Below, in pieces: positions 36,261 to 49,000 of a stretch of 64,000 nt of DNA (positions within the stretch are counted from its first letter, which is position 1; the number at the start of each line of letters is the position of its first letter). Made by a program: the position numbers and the translations under genes. A model generated the notes under the pieces. That model was not told where the DNA came from, did not search any database, and saw only the letters and a list, made by a program, of their open reading frames with translations. The stretch comes from Macrostomum lignano (lineage: Eukaryota): NCBI GenBank assembly GCA_002269645.1, contig NIVC01000340.1:310001-374000 (forward strand). Direction: 5' to 3'.

Positions 36261-37040
36261 TATATATTGGCAGACGAAACGACTATATCGAATATTGGCA
36301 GACGAAAAGGCGGCAGACGAAATGACCATCAACCTTTCATCCATTTGGTTCAGATGAGTGAAACAGGTATTGGGCATATATGTATCTTTATATAGTTATA
36401 TAGTTACATACTTATATATATAATATTTTAGCTATATATATTTTCTAAAGAATTATTTACAATTAATATAATAGAGTTATCAATTCTAAAAATTATAATT
36501 TTTCAATTCTTATATCAATTCTACAAGTTAGTAGAATCCATAGATCATTTTAAAATTTATTGTTTTTTAGATTCTGCATTTAAATATGCCATTCTTTTCC
36601 CTTCTCACTAACCTTTCCCCTTTTTTCTCTTCTTTCCTTGTCTCATATTTGTTAGATAAGTAAAGTAACAAAATCTCTAACTCTTACCTAGATCTGCGAG
36701 GGCAATGGCCTACTTGTCAGTTAGTTTCTAAAAAGCCTCCTTTGCAATCTACTAGCCTTCTTTAATAGTGGCAGATGCTGGCCACTTCCCTGGTTTGCTC
36801 AGGCTTATTAGTACTAAACTATTATGCATAATAGGCCCACTTGACTTTAAAATTTGTAGGCCTATATATATAAATTTGCTATGAGCCTACTAATCTTGTT
36901 TATTTTTTCTTAGTATATTAGTTTAGCACTTGGTACAGTATAATTTATACCTTTGTTTTGTGTCATTTGCTAGTTCCTTGGTCTAGTATGGCCTAATATG
37001 TCCATGACTATCATTTTGGTTTTCACATTATTTCTGCTAG

Positions 37041-40000
37041 ACCTTGGCAAGACTCTTCAAGATGTTAAATATGCCGATTGTTCTGGCGGCTATGTCTACA
37101 ATTGCTCAGATGCACTTTCCTCTAGCAGAGTGCGCAATCGGGTTCTTTATTGGTAAGTGCTTGCACTGATGTGTGCCTCAATTGTACTTTTGTTTGAGAT
37201 GAACATTAGTAACTCCTCCAGTGTTTCATCAGTTCCTCAGTTCCTCATCCTCCATTCTTCAGTTTCTCAGCTTCCTCAGCTTTCAGTTCCTCACCCTCAT
37301 CCTTCAGTTCCTCACCCTCATCCTTCAGTTCCTCACCCTCATCCTTCAGTTTCTCACCCTCATCCTTCAGTTCCTCACCCTCATCCTTCAGTTCCTCTGT
37401 CTCCTCATCCTTCAGTTTCTCACCCTCATCCTTCAGTTCCTCACCCTCATCCTTCAGTTCCTCACCCTCATCCTTCAGTTCCTCACCCTCATCCTTCAGT
37501 TCCTCACCCTCATCCTTCAGTTTCTCATCCTCATCCTTCAGTTCCTCAGCCTCCTCATCCTTCAGTTCCTCACCCTCATCCTTCAGTTCCTCACCCTCAT
37601 CCTTCAGTTCCTCAGCCTCCTCATCCTTCAGTTCCTCACCCTCATCCTTCAGTTCCTCACCCTCATCCTTCAGTTCCTCTGTCTCCTCATCCTTCAGTTT
37701 CTCACCCTCATCCTTCAGTTCCTCACCCTCATCCTTCAGTTCCTCACCCTCATCCTTCAGTTCCTCACCCTCATCCTTCAGTTCCTCAGCCTCCTCATCC
37801 TTCAGTTCCTCACCCTCATCCTTCAGTTCCTCACCCTCATCCTTCAGTTCCTCTGTCTCCTCATCCTTCAGTTTCTCACCCTCATCCTTCAGTTCCTCAC
37901 CCTCGTCCTTCAGTTCCTCACCCTCATCCTTCAGTTCCTCACCCTCATCCTTCAGTTTCTCACCCTCATCCTTCAGTTCCTCATCCTCATCCTTCAGTTT
38001 CTCATCCTCATCCTTCAGTTCCTCAGCCTCCTCATCCTTCAGTTCCTCACCCTCATCCTTCAGTTCCTCACCCTCATCCTTCAGTTCCTCAGCCTCCTCA
38101 TCCTTCAGTTCCTCACCCTCATCCTTCAGTTCCTCACCCTCATCCTTCAGTTCCTCTGTCTCCTCATCCTTCAGTTTCTCACCCTCATCCTTCAGTTCCT
38201 CACCCTCATCCTTCAGTTCCTCACCCTCATCCTTCAGTTCCTCACCCTCATCCTTCAGTTCCTCAGCCTCCTCATCCTTCAGTTCCTCACCCTCATCCTT
38301 CAGTTCCTCACCCTCATCCTTCAGTTCCTCACCCTCATCCTTCAGTTCCTCTGTCTCCTCATCCTTCAGTTTCTCACCCTCATCCTTCAGTTCCTCACCC
38401 TCGTCCTTCAGTTCCTCACCCTCATCCTTCAGTTCCTCACCCTCATCCTTCAGTTCCTCAGCCTCCTCATCCTTCAGTTCCTCACCCTCATCCTTCAGTT
38501 TCTCATCCTCATCCTTCAGTTCCTCATCCTCATCCTTCAGTTCCTCACCCTCATCCTTCAGTTCCTCAGCCTCCTCATCCTTCAGTTTCTCACCCTCATC
38601 CTTCAGTTTCTCACCCTCATCCTTCAGTTCCTCCGCCTCTTCTTCCTTCAGTTCCGCCTTCTCATCCTTAAGTGCTTCATCCTCATTCGCTGCCTCTAGT
38701 CTCCTGTGTAAACCGATTTTACCTGCCTCAATCACCCTGTTTCCGCCGCAGGCGCAGTCACCAGTGCACCCTGGAACTAGTCGAAGAGTGCTTCGACACC
38801 CCGCTGCGCAGTTCCCGCGTCAAACTAGTGTTCAGCGACACCCCTGTACTGCACGTGTACATTGCCGAACTGAGCACAGATGTGTACATGCTGGTGTGCA
38901 CCACTGGCGGCCTGGTTCGATTCCTGCTGCATCACCCGGCCCAGCTGAAGGAGGCAGCCAGTTCTGGTGGCGGCGATTTACCATACAGTGTGCTGCATAG
39001 CGTTAATAGCACCGCGTATCAGGTAATGCCAACAGGTGTCTGCTATCATAATCACTCTGAATTCACAGTTTTAGCTGCTATTAATTTCAGAACAATCCAT
39101 TATCATTCACATTCATTCGCAACGTTCGACATTCGTAACCATCGTTTTTCATGATCTCCAGTATTCACAGTCCCCAGTATTCACCATCCCCAGTATTCAC
39201 CATCCCCAGTATTCACAGTCCCCAGTATTCACAGTCCCCAGTATTCACAGTCCCCAGTATTCACAGTCCCCAGTATTCACAGTCCCCAGTATTCACAGTC
39301 CCCAATATTCACCATCCCAGTATTCACCATCCCCAGTATTCATAGTCCGCAGTATTCACAGTCCCCAGTATTCACAGTACCCAATATTCACCATCCCCAG
39401 TATTCACAGTCCTCGGAATCCACAATCCCCAGTATTCGCAATCTCCAGTATTCACGATCCCCAGTATTCACGATCCCCAGTATTCACGATCCCCAGTATT
39501 CACGATCCCCAGTATTCACCATTCAGTATTCACAGTATTCAGCGCCCCACAGCATTCACAGTCTAAAACATCCACATTCACAATCCATAGCATTCACAAT
39601 CTAGAACATTCACAGCCCCCAAATATTCATAGTCCCTTCACGCATTGGTAATTCCTCAGCTTTCACGCCATCAAATAATTCGCCCGCTCGCGCAGGTGTG
39701 TCAGCCCGCGGCGCCCCATTTCGCGGCCACGTTCGCTGCGCCACCGCCTGGTTTAATCCGTTGGATTGCTCGGCCTATGCAGCCTACGGCCTCAGCGGCG
39801 GTGACGTGCAACTGCTGCGAATGCCGCCGCCCGGTCAGCAACTGCAGCAGCGGGCAGTTCAAGCCACTGTTGAGCTGCGCCAGAGCTCGCTGTTCGACCG
39901 CCTGCTGGGCGGCTGGATCTCCGGCGGCGGCGCTGGCGGTGGCGGCCGTGGCGGCGGTGGCGGCGTGTCCAGCGTTGGCGGCGATGGCGGTGCAGGTTAG

Positions 40001-43000
40001 TTGGTTTAAAGAGTGGGTTCCTCCCGATATTCAGGTTCCTCCCGATATTCATGTTCCTCCCGATATTCATGTTCCTCCCGATATTCATGTTCCTCCCGAT
40101 ATTCAGGTTCCTCCCGATATTCATGTTCCTCCCGATATTCATGTTCCTCCCGATATTCAGGTTCCTCCCGATATTCAGGTTCCTCCCGATATTCAGGTTC
40201 CTCCCGATATTCATGTTCCTCCCGATATTCATGTTCCTCCCGATATTCAGGTTCCTCCCGATATTCAGGTTCCTCCCGATATTCATGTTCCTCCCGATAT
40301 TCAGGTTCCTCCCGATATTCATGTTCCTCCCGATATTCATGTTCCTCCCGATATTCAGGTTCCTCCCGATATTCATGTTCCTCCCGATATTCATGTTCCT
40401 CCCGATATTCATGTTCCTCCCGATATTCATGTTCCTCCCGATATTCATGTTCCTCCCGATATTCAGGTTCCTCCCGATATTCATGTTCCTCCCGATATTC
40501 ATGTTCCTCCCGATATTCAGGTTCCTCCCGATATTCATGTTCCTCCCGATATTCATGTTCCTCCCGATATTCAGGTTCTTCCCGATATTCATGTTCCTCC
40601 CGATATTCAGGTTCCTCCCGATATTCAGGTTCCTCCCGATATTCAGGTTCCTCCCGATATTCAGGTTCCTCCCGATATTCAGGCTCGGGTTCAGGTTCCT
40701 CCCAGTATTCAGGCTCGGGTTCAGGTTCCTCCCGATATTCAGGCTCGGGTTCAGGTTCCTCCCAGTATTCAGGCTCGGGTTCAGGTTCCTCCCAATATTC
40801 AGGCTTGGGTTCAGGTTCCTCCCAATATTCAGGCTTGGGTTCAGGTTCCTCCCAATATTCAGGCTTGGGTTCAGGTTCCTCCCAGTATTCAGGCTCGGGT
40901 TCAGGTTCCTCCCAGTATTCAGGCTTGGGTTCAGGTTCCTCCCAATATTCAGGCTTGGGTTCAGGTTCCTCTCAGTATTCAGGCTCGGGTTCAGGTTCCT
41001 CCCAGTATTCAGGCTTGGGTTCAGGTTCCTCCCAATATTCAGGCTTGGGTTCAGGTTCCTCCCAGTATTCAGGCTCGGGTTCAGGTTCGTCCCAGTATTC
41101 AGGCTTGGGTTCAGGTTCCTCCCAATATTCAGGCTTGGGTTCAGGTTCCTCCCAGTATTCAGGCTTGGGTTCAGGTTCCTCCCAATATTCAGGCTTGGGT
41201 TCAGGTTCCTCCCAGTATTCAGGCTCGGGTTCAGGTTCCTCCCAGTATTCAGGCTTGGGTTCAGGTTCCTCCCAATATTCAGGCTTGGGTTCAGGTTCCT
41301 CCCAGTATTCAGGCTCGGGTTCAGGTTCCTCCCAATATTCAGGCTTGGGTTCAGGTTCCTCCCAGTATTCAGGCTTGGGTTCAGGTTCCTCCCAGTATTT
41401 AGGCTAGGGTTCAGGTTCCTCCCAGTATTTAGGCTAGGGTTCAGGTTCCTCCCAGTATTCAGGCTTGGGTTCAGGTTCCTCCCAGTATTCAGGCTTGGGT
41501 TCAGGTTCCTCCCAGTATTCAGGCTTGGGTTCAGGTTCCTCCCAGTATTCAGGCTTGGGTTCAGGTTCCTCCCAGTATTTAGGCTTGGGTTCAGGTTCCT
41601 CCCAGTATTTAGGCTAGGGTTCAGGTTCCTCCCTAAAAGATAAATTAAGTACTAATTTTCAGGTAGATAAATAATTAGTTAAAACGATTTTCCATTCAGG
41701 CGAATCCTCAGCAGACGACGCACCGACTAGCCTGGCATTCTGGACAGACGATCGGGGTGCCTCGCTGTCGTTTGGCGGCCCCAGCCTCTCTCAGCCGCAC
41801 CATCATAGTCAACAAGTGGTTTCCAGCCAGCAGCATCAGCCCGTGATTCTGCTAACCGCCACTCGCGATCACAAGCTGCGCCTGTGGGATACTGACAGGC
41901 GAGAATGCTACCGGTCGCTTGATTTATTAGCTAGCCTACCGGATCCGGCCGCATCCGGTCATCTGCGGAATCGAGGCCATCAGCTTCGCTTGGTTCAGCC
42001 TAGCGTTGGCGGTAGCGGAGCTCCTATTGGCTGTCTGTACGCCAACTTCACCGATAGTCCGTGCTTTCTGGCGCTGGAAGGTCACGCGTCCGCTGATAGG
42101 CGGTTACAGGTGAGCAGCTGGTAGTTGTATCGACTATCGAGTCGCCACAGTCCCTTTGATCAGCATGGCGAATCTGCCATTCTCACTTTAATCACCATGG
42201 CGAATCTGCCATTCTCACTTTAATCACCATGGCGAATCTGCCATTCTCACTTTAATCACCATGGCGAATCTGCCATTCTCACTTTGATCACCATGGCGAA
42301 TCTGCCATTCTCACTTTGATCACCATGGTGAATCTGCCATTCTCACTTTGATCACCATGGTGAATCTGCCATTCTCACTTTAATCACCATGGCGAATCTG
42401 CCATTCTCACTTTGATCACCATGGTGAATCTGCCATTCTCACTTTAATCACCATGGTGAATCTGCCATTCTCACTTTAATCACCATGGCGAATCTGCCAT
42501 TCTCACTTTGATCACCATGGCGAATCTGCCATTCTCACTTTAATCACCATGGCGAATCTGCCATTCTCACTTTGATCACCATGGCGAATCTGCCATTCTG
42601 ACTTTAATCACCATGGCGAATCTGCCATTCTGACTTTAATCACCATGGCGAATCTGCCATTCTGACTTTAACCACCATAGCGAATCTGCCATTATTTCGT
42701 AGAAAATCTCGAATCTGCCACTTACCTTTCGAATTTGAATTTATCCCTCTGCCAGTTGCGCGTCAGCCACGTGGTCCTGTCGCCGTCACGTGACCTAATC
42801 GATCTGGCAGTTGAGCCAGACACGGCCTGGGCTCTTTACGCCGACCCAGGCGGCTCCTACAGCCTCTACGGCGTGTCCCTGACCGGCGCGCCCAGCCGCC
42901 AGATCCGCTGCCAACTGCTTGACTCGGATTTCTCTCCCCTAGCCGCCCGCGACCATGCCAGTAGATTTGCGCGCGCATTCGGCGGTCGCGAGTTCGCGCC

Positions 43001-46000
43001 CGAATCTGTGAAACGAGCCCTGCGACTATTCTTAGACGAGAATTCGCTCGGCGCTCATCTGGACCAGTTGGAGACCGCGGCGACTGCTGGCGATGAAGCC
43101 ATGGATGCCGCTAGCTCGGCTGTCTGCTCGCTTGAGTTCATGCGCTCCCTACTGTTAGACGCCGTGGACACTCTGGCTCAAGATGAACTTGCCGCCGCTG
43201 TCGATGTGTCGCTATTCGACGACGCCGACGCCGACAGATTAGACGAACGTCGGGCCTGTCATGTTGACCGATTCTACGAGCAGCTGTTGCAGCTGCACTC
43301 CGTTGACTCCGCCGTCTGCGGCATTGTGGCCGACTGGCGACGCTCCGGTTTTGTCGGACTGATCAGGCGTCGATTCTTGGGCCTGATGCGGCCGGCCGAT
43401 ACTGCCGAGCTGTGCCACCTGCTGACTGAGGCTGACGGCCTCGGACCGGAGGCTCTGACTGAACTGCCAACTCTGGAGGATGCTCAGGTATGCTTACGAG
43501 CTCGTACTACCGATCCTCTACAGTAGAATTCCCCTTTTCCTCTACAGTAGAATTCCCCTTTTCCTCTACAGTAGAATTCCCCTTTTCCTCTACAGTAGAA
43601 TTCCCCTTTTCCTCTACAGTAGAATTCCCCTTTTCCTCTACAGTAGAATTCCCCTTTTCCTCTACAGTAGAATTCCCCTTTTCCTCTACAGTAGAATTCC
43701 CCTTTCCTCTACAGTAGAATTCCCCTTTTCCTCTACAGTAGAATTCCCCTTTCCTCTACAGTAGAATTCCCCTTTTCCTCTACAGTAGAATTCCCCTTTT
43801 CCTCTACAGTAGAATTCCCCTTTTCCTCTACAGTAGAATTCCCCTTTTCCTCTACAGTAGAATTCCCCTTTTCCTCTACAGTAGAATTCCCCTTTTCCTC
43901 TACAGTAGAATTCCCCTTTTCCTCTACAGTAGAATTCCCTTCCCTTCTACCGTAGAATTCCCTTCTACGGTAAAACTGGCTTCCCCATATACCGTAGAAT
44001 AATTCCTTCACATATACCATAGAATTCCCTTTCTCCTATAGCGTAGAGAATTCCCCTTCTACAACATCGATCCCTCCCAATTTTCCGCAGGGCACTCGCG
44101 ACTTCCTAGCCGCTGTGAGCAGCTGCCAGCAGCTCCTGGCCAGCCTGGAGCCCGGCCTAGTGGACCTGTTGCTAGGCGAACTGCTCCAACTAGCACTGAG
44201 CAATGCCTGTCAGGATGCTCCGCTGGTTGCCAACCGAGCCTGCCAGAGTCCCCTAGTCAGGCGAGCCTGTCACTCGCTGAACGATGGCGGACCACTGCAA
44301 TCCATTGCTGAACCTGTTAGCGCTTTCGCTACTCTGCTAACCGCATTGGAATCTATCGACTTTCTAGACGATGTCGATTTAACATTGCTAGGCCAACAGT
44401 CCGCGTCAGCTGCTGTTGGCAGTCAGCAGCATCGGCATCATCTGCAGCGCCAGTTGCTAGGGGCCTGGCCAGCTGGGGAGCTGCTAGCCAACGGTTTGGC
44501 CCAGTCGGTGGATTCCCAACTTCGCCTGCTAGTAGCCTGCCTGTTGTTATTCTCCGAATTACCAAACAGATTCGTTGGACTAAATGACGAATTAAAGGCC
44601 AGATCTGTGGATCTACTTCGCTCTATGGCTCTGCTTCGCTGGTGCGGCGCTTTGGTTTATTCGCCGGCTCCAACTCGCCTGATTGAATCGCTGCGCGCTC
44701 AACTGGCCCTGCTATTGGCTAGGCCTTATCTAGCCGATTTAGACTCGGCTGGATTAGCCTCTCTTGGCTCGGCTGATTGTCCCGCCTTGCCAGTTTGGCA
44801 CGTGTTTGGCGGCGGCGGCTCTCTGCTGCGTGTACTGCTTGTTTCTTCTTCTAGTAGTAGCGGAATGCGAGACGAAGTCAACGAAGCTAACGACGAGGAT
44901 GGATGGACCGTGTGCGGCAATTTTGGTCGGGATCTGCTGCCGACCTCTGTGTCTGTTGTGCAGCATCTGCTGTGAGTCATCTCCTTGTTATCTTTATCAG
45001 ATCGCTCTCTATCCCTTTCAACGAATCAGATCACTCCCTGTCCCTCTCTACTCAGCCAATCAGATTGCTCCTTGTTCCTCTCTATCCCTTAGCCAAGCGG
45101 ATCGCTCCCTGTCCCTCTCTACCCCTCAGTCAATAAGATCACCCCTGCCCCCCTCTACACCTTAGCCAATCAGATTGCTCCTCGTTCCTCTCTACCCCTT
45201 AACCAAGCGGATCGCTCCCTGTCCCTCTCTACCCCTCAGCCAATCAGGTTGCTCCCTGTCCCTCTCTAACCCTCAACCAATCAGATTGCTCCCTGTCCAT
45301 TTCCCCTCCTCTGCTAACAAAATCACTCCCTGTCCCTCGACCAATCAAATCGCTCCTACATGTATCGCATTTTTCATCTCGAGATAAGACAGTAAGTAAT
45401 ACTGAATAATGCTTGAATGTATTTCAGATCCCCAGAGCGCGGCGGCCTATCGTTTCCGCTATTTCTACTGTGGTCTGGCCAGCTGGAACACCTGTACTCC
45501 TACACTGGCATGTGTCTGGGCTGGGTGCGCTCAGACCCGGCTCTGCTGTACGCACTGCGCGGCTTAGCTTTGCTAAATCAGCCCGGCTTGTCTGATAGAT
45601 CCGAAGCTGAAGCCAAAGCTGAGGCTGTAGATTGTCTGGCTCAGGTGAGAGAAGAGTACTTTAGATCTTAATGTATTTTCGTTATTCGTAAAAAGTTATT
45701 TTTTAGAAATTTTTATTGGTTAAAATTTTACGTACTAATTTCATTAATGAATTTTGGGCCTTCTAACCCTGTCGCTCATTGCGGCCTGAACCTTGATAAC
45801 CTGAATCTTCATAGCCCGAACCTTCATGGCCTGAACCTTGATAACCTGAATCTTCATTGCCTGAATGTTCATGGCCTGAATCTTGATAGCCTGAACCTTA
45901 ATAATCTGAATATTCGTAACCTGAATCTTCATAACCTGAACCTTCATAGCCTGAATCTTGATAACCTGAATCTTCATAACCAGAACCTTCATAGCCTGAA

Positions 46001-49000
46001 TCTTGATAACCTGAATCTTCATAACCAGAACCTTCATAACCTGAATCTTCATAACCAGAACCTTGATAACCTGAATCTTCAGAACCTGAACCTTCATAGC
46101 CTGAACCTTCATAACCTGAGCCTTCATAACCCGAACCTTCATAGCCTGAACCTTCATAACCTGAATCTTCATAACCTGAACCTTCATAGCCTGAATCTTC
46201 ATAGCCTGAATCTTCAAGGCCCGAACCTTCATAGCCAGAAGCTTTCTTAACACCCGCCGCAGACAGTCGAATGTGCAGCCTCTTGCGCCGGCCAGCCGCC
46301 GCCGCTGTACCATCCAAGCTTTCTTCAGCTAACCGGACTGGACAGCCCCAGTACGCAGCAGCAGCAGCAGCAGCAGAGCCATCGCTCACAGTCGGACTCT
46401 GTCCGGGCCAGCCTATACGTGCACCTGGTGCGCGTCCTTGAACCGTTGCGCTGCTCGGAGCAGATAGTTGAGCTAGCCAGGCTAGGCCTGTCCCGGGTGC
46501 TGGAATCAAGTGTTGACAATAGCCGCTACCAATTGCCATTGCTAGCCACTGTGTTCAAGCACGAGTTAGAGCTGGGCCGCTATCAGTGCGCCCTGGACGC
46601 TATGCTACAGCTGGCTGACCCGTCTGTGCAGCTGGACTGCATCCGGCATCTGGTTGTGACGCTGAGCGATCGGGATCAGCTGGGCGCACTGTTGCAGTTG
46701 AATTTCGGCCAGCTAGGCAACGCTCTGGTCTCCGTATTGGAGATGCGAGCCCGAGCGGTTGACGCCAATCTGCACGTGTATTATAACCTGCTCTATTGCT
46801 ATCACACCGGTAGGTCGGATTTTAAACGTGCCGCATCTGCTATGCACGAATTGTCGGCCAGGCTGTCTAGAGAGCGGACCGGGTTCGAATCCGCCCAGAG
46901 ACAGGCTCGAGCTCTGCTAGCGGCCATCGGCTGTTTGAGGCTGCTGGAGCCCAGGCACCAGTGGGTGGCGGCGCCGGAGGACCTGCTTGAAGACGGGTCC
47001 GACGGTCAGCAGCAGCTTCGGCGTAAACAGCAGAAATCGAAAACGAAATCTTTTGAAGGCCGATCGAACGGCGACGGCGCGGAGGCTGGCGATGCTGCTG
47101 ACGCTGGTGATGGTGACGGCGATGCCGGCTTTGATGACGATGATTTCGATGACAAAGATGAAGAGGTGAGTGAGTCATTATTTTGCTATTCAGTTGAATG
47201 TCCTGAAGGTCTGTTAGACTCATAGTTTTTGTCATCTGCGTGTGATATCTAGTGTTAGTGTAATTATTCAGTGTCAGTAGGTGTAATTATCTAGTGTCAG
47301 TAGGTGTAATTATCTAGTGTCAGTTGGTGTAATTATCTAGTGTCAGTTGGTGTAATTATCTAGTGTCAGTAGGTGTAATTATCTAGTGTCAGTGGATGTA
47401 ATTATCTAGTGTCAGTGGATGTAATTATCTAGTGTCAGTGGATGTAATTATCTAGTGTCAGTGGATGCAATTATCTAGTGTCAGTGGATGTAATTATCTA
47501 GTGTCAGTGGATGCAATTATCTAGTTTCAGTGGATGTAATTATCTAGTGTTAGTGTAATTATTCAGTGTCAGTAGGTGTAATTATCTAGTGTCAGTAGGT
47601 GTAATTATCTAATGTCAGTGGATGCAATTATCTAGTGTCAGTAGGTGTAATTATCTAGTGTCAGTAGGTGTAATTATCTAGTGTCAGTGGATGCAATTAT
47701 CTAGTTTCAGTGGATGTAATTATCTAGTGTTAGTGTAATTATTCAGTGTCAGTAGGTGTAATTATCTAGTGTCAGTAGGTGTAATTATCTAATGTCAGTG
47801 GATGCAATTATCTAGTGTCAGTAGGTGTAATTATTCAGTTTCAGTAGGTGTAATTATCTAGTGTCAGTAGGTGTAATTATCTAGTGTCAGTAGGTGTAAT
47901 TATCTAATGTCAGTAGGTGTAATTATCTAGTATCAGTAGGTGTAATTATCTAGTGTCAGTGGATGCAATTATCTTGTGTCAGTAGGTGTAATTATCTAGT
48001 GTCAGTAGGTGTAATTATCTAGTTTCAGTAGGTGTAATTATCTAGTGTCAGTGGGTGTAATTATCTTGTGTCAGTAGGTGTAATTATCTAGTGTTAGTAG
48101 GTGTAATTATCTAGTGTTAGTGTAATTATTCAGTGTCAGTAGGTGTAATTATCTAGTGTCAGTAGGTGTAATTATCTAGTGTCAGTAGGTGTAATTATCT
48201 AATGTCAGTAGGTGTAATTATCTAGTATCAGTAGGTGTAATTATCTAGTGTCAGTGGATGCAATTATCTTGTGTCAGTAGGTGTAATTATCTAGTGTCAG
48301 TAGGTGTAATTATCTAGTATCAGTAGGTGTAATTATCTAGTGTCAGTGGATGCAATTATCTAGTGTCAGTGGATGTAATTATCTAGTGTCAGTGGATGTA
48401 ATTATCTAGTGTCAGTGGATGCAATTATCTAGTGTCAGTGGATGTAATTATCTAGTGTCAGTGGATGCAATTATCTAGTGTCAGTGGATGTAATTATCTA
48501 GTGTTAGTGTAATTATTCAGTGTCAGTAGGTGTAATTATCTAGTGTCAGTAGGTGTAATTATCTAATGTCAGTGGATGCAATTATCTAGTGTCAGTAGCT
48601 GTAATTATTCAGTTTCAGTAGGTGTAATTATCTAGTGTCAGTAGGTGTAATTATCTAGTGTCAGTAGGTGTAATTATCTAATGTCAGTAGGTGTAATTAT
48701 CTAGTATCAGTAGGTGTAATTATCTAGTGTCAGTGGATGCAATTATCTTGTGTCAGTAGGTGTAATTATCTAGTGTTAGTGTAATTATTATTCAGTGTCA
48801 GTAGGTGTAATTATCTAGTGTCAGTAGGTGTAATTATCTAGTGTCAGTGGATGTAATTATCTAGTGTCAGTAGGTGTAATTATTCAGTGTCAGTAGGTGT
48901 AATTATCTAGTGTCAGTAGGTGTAATTATCTAGTTTCAGTAGGTGTAATTATCTAGTGTCAGTGGGTGTAATTATCTTGTGTCAGTAGGTGTAATTATCT

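Noticed and set aside
37157-38735. ~500-aa ORFs on both strands (PHPSV, LILQF and ELKDEGEE repeats)
   Set aside because: They are stop-free readings of a 21/24-bp minisatellite lying between phase-matched NUP160 splice sites.
39645-41643. Long ORFs with VPPDI, GSSRY/GSSQY and FLPIF repeats
   Set aside because: They are intronic 18/30-bp arrays. Only 39696-39995 is a real exon, in the frame of ORF 39698.
45744-46539. Minus-strand [10 protein letters not shown] repeat ORF and plus-strand LNL ORF resembling adhesive or LRR proteins
   Set aside because: They are a 15-bp array inside NUP160 intron 45645-46262, with no independent start or signal peptide.
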